DNA from: a virus | DNA length: 64,000 nt | Direction: 5' to 3' (one strand) | IMG/VR virus record: IMGVR_UViG_3300003177_000010 | Location: 1-64,000 of that record | Part shown: piece after piece, positions 1 to 10,557 of the stretch | How positions within the stretch are numbered: the first letter of the stretch is position 1 | How the letters are laid out: every line of letters starts with the position of its first letter | The notes under the pieces: generated by a model | Database searches by the model: none | What the model was told of the DNA's origin: nothing | Seen by the model: the letters and a program-made list of their open reading frames with translations, nothing else | Position numbers and translations under genes: made by a program

Positions 1-219
1 AAATACTAATAAATACTAATAACTACTAATAACTACAAATAACTACAAATAACTACTAATAACTACTAATAACTACAAATAACTACAAATAACTACAAAT
101 AACTACAAATAACTACAAATAACTACAAATAACTACTAATAACTACTAATAACTACTAATAACTACTAATAACTACTAATAACTACTAATAAATACTAAT
201 AAATACTAATAATACTAAT
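1..219. repeat. Tandem 10-bp repeat (AACTACTAAT / AACTACAAAT / AAATACTAAT), about 21 units, truncated by window start
   Basis: Directly visible; no spacers; stop codons in all frames. Confidence 0.95.
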
Positions 220-590
220 ACCAGCTAAGAGTTAATATCAGCTGGTAACCCAGAGAATCTAAAATAATAATTGCGTCGCCTACTTAGCAATTATAAGCTA
301 AGAAACTCTAAAATTTTCTGCTAACCGCAGAAAATCGTTTCTTTTTTTTTCTTCCTGTAAAAATACTAGCATACACTTACTGTTTTTAGCAAGCATTATT
401 TTTATTTTTTTAGGGTTTGCAGTACCCTACAGATTAATAGTGTTAACATGTAATCCCCATTAACTAACTCCGTTAGTGGTAATTAGGATTAAGTAAAAAT
501 CAAGTTATCTCTTTGTTTTAAGGAAAAGTCTGATGCATATAAACTTGTTTTTCAAATAAACTAGTTTGTAATATCTGTTTTATGCATCAG

Positions 591-1316
591 TTAGTAATCC
601 TGTCGGTAAAAAGTATGCCTATGGTACTGGAATGTTTCAGCAAACTGTCTAGACCAGCTAGGTGGATTCGGCATATAAGATAAAAAATACTGGGCACCAC
701 GAGTATAGTCATGTAAATTATTTTCATTATTATAGAGAAAATTCGCTGCATTTTTAACCCGTTGGAAAACTTCGTTTTCATATATCCCGGTAATACCTAA
801 ACTAACCCAGCTGAATTGACTTCTCTGATAAACAACTTTACAAATTGTGTTTGGAAAATGAATAGAATTTCTCCTGTTTATAGTAACCCAGCCTACTGCT
901 ACCATACCTATTCTGCCTTCTCCTCTAGCTTCGTGGTACATATTGACTGCTAAACAATTAATCTCTTTAGCGTCAAAAATAGCTATCAATCTTGCCTCAG
1001 CTTTTTGATTGATTATCTCTTCATCTCTACGAGCTGGTCTAGTAACAATATCAAAAACAGTAGGCAAGGAACCTGAAGTAGTTACCGGCGCTAGAAGTAT
1101 AGGAGTACCATAAACATCATAAGAACTTCTAGATTTTGGTTTAATGATAGATTCTTGGTAGCTAGGATAAAACATATTAGAATTTATAGTATCTTGAGTG
1201 TTAACTAATATAGTAGGAGGGATAAAGTACCAAAAAGCGAAAACAAGTATAATTATTAAATACTTCAGAGCATTAGGTGCTAAGTAATTAATTAGTGTTA
1301 GTAAACTCTTTATCAT
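591..1316 (-). CDS. Cell wall hydrolase, SleB/Hydrolase_2 family, with N-terminal TM anchor
   Basis: CLAVNMYHEARGE...VAVGWVTINR...FPNTICKVVYQRSQFSW...HTFY motifs. Confidence 0.9.
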   Translation of the reverse strand: MIKSLLTLINYLAPNALKYLIIILVFAFWYFIPPTILVNTQDTINSNMFYPSYQESIIKPKSRSSYDVYGTPILLAPVTTSGSLPTVFDIVTRPARRDEEIINQKAEARLIAIFDAKEINCLAVNMYHEARGEGRIGMVAVGWVTINRRNSIHFPNTICKVVYQRSQFSWVSLGITGIYENEVFQRVKNAANFLYNNENNLHDYTRGAQYFLSYMPNPPSWSRQFAETFQYHRHTFYRQDY

Positions 1317-1677
1317 TATTGAACTCCTTTATTAATTTACAATACCCATATATAGTAGGTTTAGGATTACTATAAGGAAAATCTAAAGCAATTACTTCCC
1401 AAGGAACTTTAGCTAATTCTTGTTTAGAAAAGTGTAAGTATGAGGGTACTAATTTATTACCTTTACATTTTATGATATTGTGGTGCCGCAAATTGAAGGC
1501 AGCGTCACAAGCACCTGTAGTGTTACATACTGCTTTAACAAAAGATGACACGGTCCAATGCTCTTTACCAAAAGTAAAAGCCGGGCCTTTATCACTTACC
1601 CATGCCATACAGTTGTCAGCGCTACAAGCGTTATTCTTTAAATGGCACCTTTTAGCCTTTGCATCACTTGCTAACAT
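1288..1677 (-). CDS. Cys-rich small protein (CxnCx4CMAW...GYCKL family)
   Basis: ORF; paralogous to 1677-1941 and 4609-4764. Confidence 0.7.
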   Translation of the reverse strand: MLASDAKAKRCHLKNNACSADNCMAWVSDKGPAFTFGKEHWTVSSFVKAVCNTTGACDAAFNLRHHNIIKCKGNKLVPSYLHFSKQELAKVPWEVIALDFPYSNPKPTIYGYCKLIKEFNNDKEFTNTN

Positions 1678-1941
1678 TACAGTAATCTCCTACAAATACC
1701 GTCTGCTGATATTAAAGATTCCCAATCAACTTCTTTAGTAAACATCTTAGTGATAGTCTTACCTTTTTTAACATAGCCGGCGTCTTCTAAAGTATTAGTT
1801 ACTCAATTTACCCTCTGCTGCAAGCTTAATAATGATATTAGGGGACATAATACTAGGCCCCCAAGCTACACAATTTTCTGATTTGCAGTATTTATCTAAG
1901 TCAAAAGGGCACCGTTTACTTTTTGCATCTTTTATCAGCAT
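1677..1941 (-). pseudogene. Frameshifted paralog of the Cys-rich family
   Basis: MLIKDAKSKRCPFDLDKYCKSENCVAWG stops at 1795; another frame continues to ...DGICRRLL* with a TAATG overlap at 1677. Confidence 0.55.
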
Positions 1942-1994
1942 TGTTTAACTCCGTTAAATATTTGAAGACATCTTTACCACTAATTCGCACTGCA

Positions 1995-2159
1995 TTAGGG
2001 TCGGTAGTTAGGGTTGTCGAATTGTATGTATGCAGCTTCTATATTACCATGACCGCAACAAGCGTTTTTAACAGGGCCAGGAATAGTACCTAAACAAGGA
2101 TCATGGCCTTTAGCTGTACGCTCTTTACTACAGAGTATACACTTATTATTAACGTACAA
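1995..2159 (-). CDS. Small Cys/His-rich phage protein (GHDPCLG...NACCGHG)
   Basis: 54-aa ORF with TTG start, translated by hand. Confidence 0.5.
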   Translation of the reverse strand: MYVNNKCILCSKERTAKGHDPCLGTIPGPVKNACCGHGNIEAAYIQFDNPNYRP

Positions 2160-2388
2160 TCTCATTACAGCAGGCTTTATACTGCTCCCATGTTAAACGA
2201 CTATTACAAAATTTTATAGCATTATGGGGGCTAATCCTGATAGCTTTATTAAACTGTTCATCTGTCATTTTATTTCCAGCGAACTCAAGAGCAGACCAAG
2301 GATCTGCTTCTACAGCTTTATCAAACTCCATTTCAAAGAACTCTTCTTTAGTCATGCTATTTTCCTCCGTTATAATTAAATATAGCAT
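2149..2388 (-). CDS. Hypothetical protein
   Basis: ORF; probable start at MTKEEF after GGAG. Confidence 0.6.
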   Translation of the reverse strand: MLYLIITEENSMTKEEFFEMEFDKAVEADPWSALEFAGNKMTDEQFNKAIRISPHNAIKFCNSRLTWEQYKACCNEIVR

Positions 2389-2795
2389 AAAATAAACCTG
2401 AATAGCAAATACTAAACAGGTTCAATAAGTGCAAAAGCTTTATTCTCTAAAAATTAAAGTCTTTATATCTTCGTACAGGTATACCTACAGTTAACTACAT
2501 TAAGCACACTACTAAAATTTGAGATTAAATGCACAAAGTTACTACAGCAGGTAAAAATATTAGGTGACTTTGTTAAAGCCTCACATCCGTAAAAAATATA
2601 ATAAAAACTGATAAAGATTTTTTAGTGAGAATTCTCATTTTCCTACTTTAATCAACAGTAAAGTAGTAGCGCCTATATTACCTAGCATAAAAGGCAGGGA
2701 AATAAATGAAAGGCCAAATTTGCCTGTCAACATAGAAAAAATCATTATCCAGAATAAATAAAAAGTTACCTGAGTGTTATAAGAGAAATGTTTAT

Positions 2796-3116
2796 TTATG
2801 TCCATAGGTTACTCCTTAATTTTACTAATTCGACTAACTTTTCCGTTATTAAATCTTCATCTTTTTCTTCTTTATTATGTTTAAACCAACTGTACAACCA
2901 CATAAGCTGGCTCTCAATAACATATTGGTTATAGTATTGATCTCCTTCTTCTGTGGACTCCTGTATCAATTCATCTACATAACTAGCGTAGCGCGTAAAA
3001 CCGCCATGTTCTACCTCTACATAACGATTAAGAAGAGCTACCAAAGCTCTTTCCATTAGAAAATCAATATCTACATACTCGTTAGGTAGATCTGTATATA
3101 CTACGTTATGCTTCAT
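2796..3116 (-). CDS. Hypothetical protein
   Basis: ORF in coupled run. Confidence 0.6.
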   Translation of the reverse strand: MKHNVVYTDLPNEYVDIDFLMERALVALLNRYVEVEHGGFTRYASYVDELIQESTEEGDQYYNQYVIESQLMWLYSWFKHNKEEKDEDLITEKLVELVKLRSNLWT

Positions 3117-3346
3117 ATTTTATCCATTAAACAGTAAAAAGAAAGTCCATAATCGTCAAAGTCAATTACATTCCCGTACCCATCAAATACATGTAATTCG
3201 TCATTAACTACCGCAACAATAGAAGCGTATATATTACCCTCAGTAACTTTAAAAGCAGTTACCGAAATAGCAGGCACTCCAGAATCTGTAACCCATTTAT
3301 GCCCTGGTTTTGCATAGTCAGGGTGAGTAAATTTATGCGCAGTCAT
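3113..3346 (-). CDS. Hypothetical protein
   Basis: ORF in coupled run. Confidence 0.55.
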   Translation of the reverse strand: MTAHKFTHPDYAKPGHKWVTDSGVPAISVTAFKVTEGNIYASIVAVVNDELHVFDGYGNVIDFDDYGLSFYCLMDKI

Positions 3347-3701
3347 GGCATTTTCCTTTTTCGTTTATTTCAATTAGGTCTTTAACTACTTTACAGCTTT
3401 TACAATATTTTCGCCCTATAGATAGTAATAAATTTTCAGTATAACTATCAACTTTAGCTACTACATCGGGATTATAAAACCGAGTATGTACTCCCTCAAA
3501 AGAAGTAAAAGAAGTACCGTAATAGTTAGGGTTTTTATAGTCAGAAAATCCATGCCATACCAGTCCTTTATCTGTTTTAAGAAAGGGTACCCTATAAGGG
3601 TCTACTTCAGTGACACAGCTATAAGGTCTAGGACGTTGAACAGGGGGGTAATATAAGGATCCTTTATTACACTTTCGAGTGTTGTAATGTTCATTTAACA
3701 T
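3333..3701 (-). CDS. Hypothetical protein
   Basis: ORF in coupled run. Confidence 0.55.
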   Translation of the reverse strand: MLNEHYNTRKCNKGSLYYPPVQRPRPYSCVTEVDPYRVPFLKTDKGLVWHGFSDYKNPNYYGTSFTSFEGVHTRFYNPDVVAKVDSYTENLLLSIGRKYCKSCKVVKDLIEINEKGKCHDCA

Positions 3702-3925
3702 AATATAAGTACTCTACTAATTCTCTTTAATAATTACAGGGGTAACTTTACGCACTAAAGTAAATGTTGTGTCATTTAGGCGCTTACTATTAAATCCTAT
3801 GCTATTTATATAGTCACCAAAAAAGTAGTAAGTTTAAAGGAATGGCTACAGACCACCATGCCCAAGTTAACGGTCCGTAACCTACATACGCTACATAACT
3901 TGTTACTGCTATTGATATAATATAC

Positions 3926-4612
3926 TTAATAATAAGCCTTACCTCCGTATAAATCATTAAAGTCCATATCAATATACTGATTAATATCTAAGCATATATA
4001 ACGAGTATCGTATAGCACTGTATCTTTAGCTTTATGCCAGTGACCAAACACCCATAATTTAGGAGTATGAATACTTAACATAGTGTCAAAAGCTCTACGA
4101 GTTCTTGAGTAGAAGGCTTCACCATCATTTTTAAAGCTACTAAATAGCACATTAGAAATAGACTCAGGGCACTCATGCGTAATCATTACGTCAGGTTTAA
4201 TATCTTCGTAAACCTGTACCATTACTGATAAGTCATTATAGCTTAGTTCTTCATCTGGCCACCAATCTTTTCCTTCTGTGCGCCAATTAGGTACAAAAGA
4301 AGGACCATCAATAGATAAAGCACCGCCGATATACATTATAGTTTTACCTTCTATAACTTCAATGGTACCATCGGAGATATACTCTTTATATGTTTTGCAT
4401 ACAGAAGGGTTATCATGGTTACCCCTAATGAAACGATGCTCCCCACGAGAAAAAGTATTTTTCAAACGCTTATCAATACGCTCTTGTTTATTCTGGTTAT
4501 TACAAGGAGGGAAACCTATTCCAAAATCTCCTACTTGCACAGATTTATCTACACCTTTTACAAGTGTTTCGTAGTACGGCCAGTTGCCATGAATATCGCC
4601 AATTAGCCTCAT
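3926..4612 (-). CDS. Calcineurin-like metallophosphoesterase
   Basis: GDIHG, VGDFG, RGNHD, THECP, FGHWH motifs. Confidence 0.92.
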   Translation of the reverse strand: MRLIGDIHGNWPYYETLVKGVDKSVQVGDFGIGFPPCNNQNKQERIDKRLKNTFSRGEHRFIRGNHDNPSVCKTYKEYISDGTIEVIEGKTIMYIGGALSIDGPSFVPNWRTEGKDWWPDEELSYNDLSVMVQVYEDIKPDVMITHECPESISNVLFSSFKNDGEAFYSRTRRAFDTMLSIHTPKLWVFGHWHKAKDTVLYDTRYICLDINQYIDMDFNDLYGGKAYY

Positions 4613-4764
4613 TTTATGAATCCTATAAGTTTACAATAACCATATGTAGCTGTATCAAGAGTATTTACAGGGTTTTTACTTTTCACCCATGCCATACACT
4701 TATCGGCACAGCATTTACCTCCTGTAGAATAGCATTTTAATTTTTCTGCGTCATCAGTTTTCAT
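4609..4764 (-). CDS. Cys-rich small protein, 51 aa (paralog of 1288-1677)
   Basis: MKTDDAEKLKCYSTGGKCCADKCMAWVKS...YGYCKLIGFIK; GGAGG SD; ATGA overlap with next gene. Confidence 0.75.
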   Translation of the reverse strand: MKTDDAEKLKCYSTGGKCCADKCMAWVKSKNPVNTLDTATYGYCKLIGFIK

Positions 4765-4858
4765 GTAATTCCTCCTTTATACTAAAATACCGTATAAAAG
4801 CCCCGTTAGCAATAATATTATTTATCTATACCCTTATATAAGTGCTAAATAAATGTAT

Positions 4859-5335
4859 TTACCAATGCTCATACTCCGTTATATCAATAGTAGTATCTTT
4901 ATAAGTGACTTTTACTACAGTGCCTAGATTAGTAGGAGTAAAAGAATAAGTTACTGCACCTCCTATAGCGCCTTCGTAATCTTTTCTGTCTTTTAAAAAA
5001 TCATTAATTTTTATTCTTTGATTATCTGTTATATAGTAAAATATTAATTTTGTAAATACTTTTCTTGTTTTATGCATAGCACCATCTTTTAGAGCTTGTC
5101 TATCTATTAGACTATAATTACCTAGATAATTTATAGTAGTTTCTAAGTCCCCTATCTCCTCTGACATTCTTTCTATATTATTTAAAGTCTGTCCTTCTTG
5201 AACTTCGTTCAACCCAAAGCGTAGTGCTTTAGTAGCTCTTTGTTGCACTTCTGCACACTCTTCAATAAGAATAGTAAGTAATTCTCTTTCTATACCTTCT
5301 GGTGCCTTTTCAGGGCTAATAAATTTTTTACTCAT
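4859..5335 (-). CDS. MazG-like pyrophosphohydrolase domain with extra C-terminal domain
   Basis: LIEECAEVQQ...EEIGDL motif. Confidence 0.65.
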   Translation of the reverse strand: MSKKFISPEKAPEGIERELLTILIEECAEVQQRATKALRFGLNEVQEGQTLNNIERMSEEIGDLETTINYLGNYSLIDRQALKDGAMHKTRKVFTKLIFYYITDNQRIKINDFLKDRKDYEGAIGGAVTYSFTPTNLGTVVKVTYKDTTIDITEYEHW

Positions 5336-5612
5336 AGCAAATAATTTCCTTTACTTTAGGGGTAACCTCTTTACAACCTTCGTATTCAGCTCCTACAAAA
5401 GATTGATAAAAACCATATACCTTTATATAAGCATTATCATTTACTTTATAAACTGCGTATATATTAGATCCTTGCTCTTTTCCTCCATTTTGTTGCACTA
5501 GTTCTAGCTTATAATCTTTAAAGTAATCCTCGTTATCATATAGGTCAACATCCCCATACAGCATATCAATAACTTCTGGAAAATCGTCTACCAATTTAAT
5601 TAGTTCGTCCAT
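5328..5612 (-). CDS. Hypothetical protein
   Basis: ORF overlapping neighbours by a few nt. Confidence 0.65.
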   Translation of the reverse strand: MDELIKLVDDFPEVIDMLYGDVDLYDNEDYFKDYKLELVQQNGGKEQGSNIYAVYKVNDNAYIKVYGFYQSFVGAEYEGCKEVTPKVKEIICYE

Positions 5613-6379
5613 TTTTTTATTTCCTTAAATTTATCTTTATTAAACATTGCTATCATTTCTACGTAATTATCTAAAGCAAAATCCCTAAACCATCCAGAAG
5701 TTAAAGTAGTGCATACTTTTTCTAATGCTTTCATATAAGAACGTAGTTCTTTATTTTTTGGCCATTTTTGTGGTATAAGAAAACGCTCACTAGCAATTAC
5801 ATATACTTCTTCTGCAGCGCACTTAAATTTATCTTCAGTAGATAATAAGTCCCATAAATCTTTCTCACACCAAGCAGAACTAAAATCTGTTTTTAACTGT
5901 AAGTATAAAGGTTTATTATAATAAGCAGCTTTAGTATGCAGCCAATCATGATCATATAGCTTAGTTAAAGGATTATCAAAAAATTCTTCATTACTCATTC
6001 TAAGAGAGGGAGATTTAAACATTTTTTGAGTAGCTTTAGTTCTATCTTTATACTCTTTACTAGAGAAATTCATATATTTTCTCAAAAAAGTATAATATAA
6101 TCCTATATTCCTATTAAAGTTTTTCTCTCTAAACAAATGAGATCTTTTTAATATAGCAAGCCCTTCTAAGCTCATTACTTCTATTTTATTACCTTTTAAT
6201 TCTATAAACTCGCCACTACCATACTTCTCTACCATAGCTTTATTATTTAATATAGATAAACTCTGAGTATCAACACCTTTAATATCTAACTCAGTAATAA
6301 TATCTACATCCGTAGGTATAGTTACATTAGGGTACCAGTATTCTAATGCTTTAGATCCTATTAACATCGGGTAAGCCAT
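5600..6379 (-). CDS. Conserved phage protein with nucleotidyltransferase-like N-terminus
   Basis: IGSKAL...DVDII motif; HDWLH; TSGWFR. Confidence 0.6.
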   Translation of the reverse strand: MAYPMLIGSKALEYWYPNVTIPTDVDIITELDIKGVDTQSLSILNNKAMVEKYGSGEFIELKGNKIEVMSLEGLAILKRSHLFREKNFNRNIGLYYTFLRKYMNFSSKEYKDRTKATQKMFKSPSLRMSNEEFFDNPLTKLYDHDWLHTKAAYYNKPLYLQLKTDFSSAWCEKDLWDLLSTEDKFKCAAEEVYVIASERFLIPQKWPKNKELRSYMKALEKVCTTLTSGWFRDFALDNYVEMIAMFNKDKFKEIKKWTN

Positions 6380-6443
6380 TTCAATGCTCCAAGTGCTTAA
6401 TATATTAGTATAATAACCATAGACCTTACTTGTACAATAAAGA

Positions 6444-6710
6444 TTAATAAGTTAATTTACCATGATAATCATCGTTGTGACAGGGAATAAAGTAAATATC
6501 ATCATCTACAATTACTGTATGTCCTAATTTGTGTAGGGCTAATACTAGTAATTCATCAGCAGAATAATTATCACCGCCAGAACAAGAAGCAAAAGCAGGG
6601 AGATCAATTATTTTTTCTCCGTCTATCTCTACAAAACCGCCTTCAGCATAAGAAGACCCACAGGTTTCACACGCACACATATCTGTATCTGTTGTTATTT
6701 TAATTTCCAT
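6444..6710 (-). CDS. Hypothetical protein (CETCG)
   Basis: ORF. Confidence 0.6.
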   Translation of the reverse strand: MEIKITTDTDMCACETCGSSYAEGGFVEIDGEKIIDLPAFASCSGGDNYSADELLVLALHKLGHTVIVDDDIYFIPCHNDDYHGKLTY

Positions 6711-6935
6711 AAGTAAAGCTTTCTATATTGCAGTCCGATTAGTTGCTAACCCGTTTAAACTCTGATTCAGTAGCTATAATATAGCCACCACAAGCATTGC
6801 CGTCACTATCTAAAGGTAACATAATTTTAGTTTTATTTATTACTTTAGTAATTAAGTAAGTAGTAGAAGCACTCCTAACTACAAAAGTTTTTGACATAGG
6901 CTTTGTACATACTACAATATCTCCTACTTTACACA

Positions 6936-7310
6936 TTATATGCACTCATCAATAGGTTGCCAACCGCCTGTGACAGGATTGGATCTACAAATACTTTTAG
7001 CAGTTATTTTAGGTTGTTTAAATTTTGCTAGAACAGATTTTGCCCATTCGTTTTCATCCATATGAAGGTAAGGGCTTTCTCGTCTGGCAAACCTAGCCCC
7101 TGTCCATTCATCCCAGTAAGCAAAGCTAGCTTTATATAGTTCTTTTTGTTCTGCAGACAAGGTACACATAATGGGGGTCTGCTCTGCTTTTTGCTTAGCA
7201 ACTAATTTTTTAGTATCAGCTAACGAACCACTATACTTAGGTTTAGGTAAAGTAGCTCTATAAGCGTTACCCTCTCTAACAGGTTTTAATAGTTTTTCTA
7301 AAAATTTCAT
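6936..7310 (-). CDS. Hypothetical protein
   Basis: ORF in coupled run. Confidence 0.55.
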   Translation of the reverse strand: MKFLEKLLKPVREGNAYRATLPKPKYSGSLADTKKLVAKQKAEQTPIMCTLSAEQKELYKASFAYWDEWTGARFARRESPYLHMDENEWAKSVLAKFKQPKITAKSICRSNPVTGGWQPIDECI

Positions 7311-7568
7311 AGTATTTTATTAACCTCCTGGAGTGTAGGTTTTTCACCTTCAGCTACTAAAATTATACTCATAGCACTATTAACTAAATAAGGGAGTTCA
7401 TCTTTTGCAAAAATTTGATCTGAGCTATGTATTTTACTAGACCAACTAAAATATTCATCTGCATATTCACCTTGTTTATTCTTAATAACGAACCACATTG
7501 TTTTCTCCTTTACTCATTTCTTATGATAGCATAAAAAGACCCCTCTAAGCAAGAGTAATCTTTAATTT

Positions 7569-8933
7569 TTAAATAGCAGTTCTACATCTTACCTCTGAAA
7601 AACTAGTATCTCGTAATAGTTTACCGTTTAAATAAACAGGCTCTAGCAGGTCTACCCCTATTTCTTCTTTACGTTTAGTAGAAAATCCATGAGTTAGAGT
7701 ATACTGTAGTGCTAATCTACCTTTTTTAGACTTTTTGTTACCGTGTAGGGGTTCTTTAAAAACGTCATGCCAGATACCAGAAGTATCGCAACGTGCGGAG
7801 GCTTTCATAGCATACTCTAAGTCATCACGCTCTACTTTTTGTAGCAGTCCTCCGCCCATACCAAAGGCAAAGTTCTCTACGGATAATCCGGCATCAATAA
7901 TGTTATACAAAAGCATGGGTAATGATTCATCAGTAATACCGTCTCCTTGTATCACCCTAATATAATCAGGTAGTACTTTATATCCTTTAGAGTTTGTGGT
8001 GTAACCAAACTCTTCCATTAGTATTTTTGCGACCTCAATAGGCATATAAGTAGGGGACCCTGAATCAGGTCTAGCAATTACACGACCCTTTGATGCGATA
8101 ATCTTAGCTTTCAGTTCTTTACCTAGAATATTACGAGCAGCGTTATATACATCATAAGAATCAATAACTACTGCAAGAAGCTTACCTTCTCCACTAAATA
8201 AGTTAATCATATTTTCATAGGCATCTACTTCATTATTCCAAGAAGTCATAGTAGAGTGCTCAGAGGCAGGAATAGAAGTACCGGGGTTAACTGCGTTATA
8301 GTACTTCATAGCTCCGTAAATACCTTCAATAGTATCTGTTCCAACGAAGTTGGTTAGGTGGGCCATACCTCCTAACATAGCACTTTCAGGAGAGGAGACT
8401 CCTCGCGAACCAAAATCATGCAACATGAAAGGTATCAATTCATCTACAGTAGTGTCTGACGACTCATTAATTGCATTTACTAAGTATTTCTTCATTTCTC
8501 TAGACTTAGTAGCTACCGTAGAAGGGTACCACACGCCTCTAAGAATAGCGGTCTCAATATACGACGTTAACCAGTAGAGTCTGGGGTCTGTATTAGTTAC
8601 CCTTACTTGAATATTAGATACAGGCATTACAGTACCTTCTGGTACAGCTTCGATACTCAGAGGTAAGTACCCATCATACTCATTAACAATAATTTCCCAA
8701 CCTTCGCGATTAAAATAACCAATGTAAGGCATTAGTACTTTTTCTGCAAAGTCAATATCCTCCATAGTAATAGGAGTAAGCAAATACTCTTTAATAAATG
8801 CTTGCAGTCCGAAGAACGTAGATTCTTCCGCGCCGCCCCTAGCTTCGATATATGAAGTAAGATATTCTGTATCAGAAGGGTACTGTTCCCATTGAGTAAC
8901 TTTGTATCCGTCAGTTCGTAAAATATTAATCAT
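7569..8933 (-). CDS. nadV: Nicotinamide phosphoribosyltransferase (NAMPT)
   Basis: TDGYK, HDFGSRG, IPASEHS, RPDSG, VIQGDG, FGMGGGLLQ. Confidence 0.95.
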   Translation of the reverse strand: MINILRTDGYKVTQWEQYPSDTEYLTSYIEARGGAEESTFFGLQAFIKEYLLTPITMEDIDFAEKVLMPYIGYFNREGWEIIVNEYDGYLPLSIEAVPEGTVMPVSNIQVRVTNTDPRLYWLTSYIETAILRGVWYPSTVATKSREMKKYLVNAINESSDTTVDELIPFMLHDFGSRGVSSPESAMLGGMAHLTNFVGTDTIEGIYGAMKYYNAVNPGTSIPASEHSTMTSWNNEVDAYENMINLFSGEGKLLAVVIDSYDVYNAARNILGKELKAKIIASKGRVIARPDSGSPTYMPIEVAKILMEEFGYTTNSKGYKVLPDYIRVIQGDGITDESLPMLLYNIIDAGLSVENFAFGMGGGLLQKVERDDLEYAMKASARCDTSGIWHDVFKEPLHGNKKSKKGRLALQYTLTHGFSTKRKEEIGVDLLEPVYLNGKLLRDTSFSEVRCRTAI

Positions 8934-9006
8934 TTGTAAAATTCCTTTACAGTTATTTTATTGCCTAATTCTATTACTAGGACTTTTTAATTAGGTATTC
9001 CGGCTT

Positions 9007-9252
9007 TTAACTATCTTCATACAAGTCTACCCCTACAGAATAATAACCATTGCTTGCCCCGTTCCAACGTATAGTAACCTCTCCTTTTATAGTAGCAATG
9101 TTATAAAAAGTATAAGTAATTAACTCATATTCACCATCTATGTCTTCTGTGCGTTCTTCTGCTCGCAATATTGGGAAATTAATTATATCAGACCATGCCC
9201 CATTTATATCTGCAATATATACGCTTTCGCAACATTCTTGATCGTGGTACAT
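9007..9252 (-). CDS. Conserved hypothetical phage protein (HxQxCCE...SNGYYS)
   Basis: ORF; true start possibly further upstream. Confidence 0.6.
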   Translation of the reverse strand: MYHDQECCESVYIADINGAWSDIINFPILRAEERTEDIDGEYELITYTFYNIATIKGEVTIRWNGASNGYYSVGVDLYEDS

Positions 9253-9340
9253 AGTATAGTTACTACCGTCAGCTGCATAAAAAGTTATTTTCTCATCTGC
9301 TATTACTTCTACTTTTTTAGTGTTTTTCCTATTAATCTAT

Positions 9341-10345
9341 TCATTGTTCTTCCTTTGTATAAGGTATTGTAGGACGACGGCCTGATAGAATCGCATTTCC
9401 GCAAGTAATCATTCCATAGTCTTCGTCATAAGAGGGTACAAATACTAAAGTATCAAAACCGGCTTCTACAAAAGCCTCTTCTCTAGGTTTATAAAATTCA
9501 TATAAATCGTACCCATCAGTAGTTTTAATATTATTTTCAACAGTAGAGTTATTAACGTGAATGGGAGTAATTTTTACCATCCAATGCTCAGGGTTAAATA
9601 AAGAAGCTAAGTACTTACCGTCATATTCGTTTCCGTCAGCCATAGCCATATTTAAACAGTACTTACGGCCCTTATTAGGAGGAAAATCTTTTACTAACTC
9701 TGAAATCTCTTCTAAGGATCTCGTACACCCATTATACATAGCGTTTCGCTGCTCATTAGAGGTAGAGTTAATACTGACTTGAAGATTAGCTTCCCCGTTA
9801 AAGTCTTTATTTTTAATATCGATCCATTCGTATAAATAGTCTTTAAGAATAGAATTTTTCTTAGGCATCATAGTGGTTAGAACAGGGTGTAAAGTCTTAT
9901 AATCAAGCCCCAGTAATTCTTTACCTTTCCTAGCTAATAGCCTACTTACTGTTAATACATTTTTATTAAAAGTAGGCTCTCCCATACGAGCATAGTGTAG
10001 ATTTAGCCGGTCTGTTCTAGTAACTTCTGAGTATTGCTCGCGCGCTAGCATTACTTGATTAAGTAAATCTTCTACAGAGGCATTTTTACCTTTACCAACT
10101 AAAGGAACATCGCAAAAATTACAAGTCATATTGCAGCCATACTGAGTAGATATAGTAATAACCCACTTACTCTCAAGTGGCATAATCTCTCCGTTAGGTA
10201 CCCCATTAATGTCAGAGCTTAACCCTAAAAAATCTGCCTTAATATTAGCAGCTTGTCCGTAGTCCCCAATAGAAAGAAATTCTAAAGGTCCTTTAGAAAA
10301 GTTATTGGTAATAATCTTACCCGTAGGTACTGTGTAAATTTTCAT
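9341..10345 (-). CDS. Radical SAM protein, RlmN/Cfr-like
   Basis: ISTQYGCNMTCNFC (CxxxCxxC), MGEP, SINS, C-terminal CG. Confidence 0.8.
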   Translation of the reverse strand: MKIYTVPTGKIITNNFSKGPLEFLSIGDYGQAANIKADFLGLSSDINGVPNGEIMPLESKWVITISTQYGCNMTCNFCDVPLVGKGKNASVEDLLNQVMLAREQYSEVTRTDRLNLHYARMGEPTFNKNVLTVSRLLARKGKELLGLDYKTLHPVLTTMMPKKNSILKDYLYEWIDIKNKDFNGEANLQVSINSTSNEQRNAMYNGCTRSLEEISELVKDFPPNKGRKYCLNMAMADGNEYDGKYLASLFNPEHWMVKITPIHVNNSTVENNIKTTDGYDLYEFYKPREEAFVEAGFDTLVFVPSYDEDYGMITCGNAILSGRRPTIPYTKEEQ

Positions 10346-10557
10346 TTTATTTAGCTCTTTCTATAGCCTTAAGTGCTCTTTTTGCTAGATGTTGCATACC
10401 GTATTTATTAGTAGCTAACTCACGCTCCCAAGTACTTTGTAAAGTTATCTGAGTAAAGTTTAAACAATCAGGGCATGTTACAAACAAACCATCTTCAATA
10501 GGTACCAGGTCATCATTTGTGTAATTATGTACAGCTGCACAAGTACTGCATAAAAAG

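Noticed and set aside
1-219. CRISPR array
   Set aside because: Contiguous 10-mers with no spacers and no cas genes
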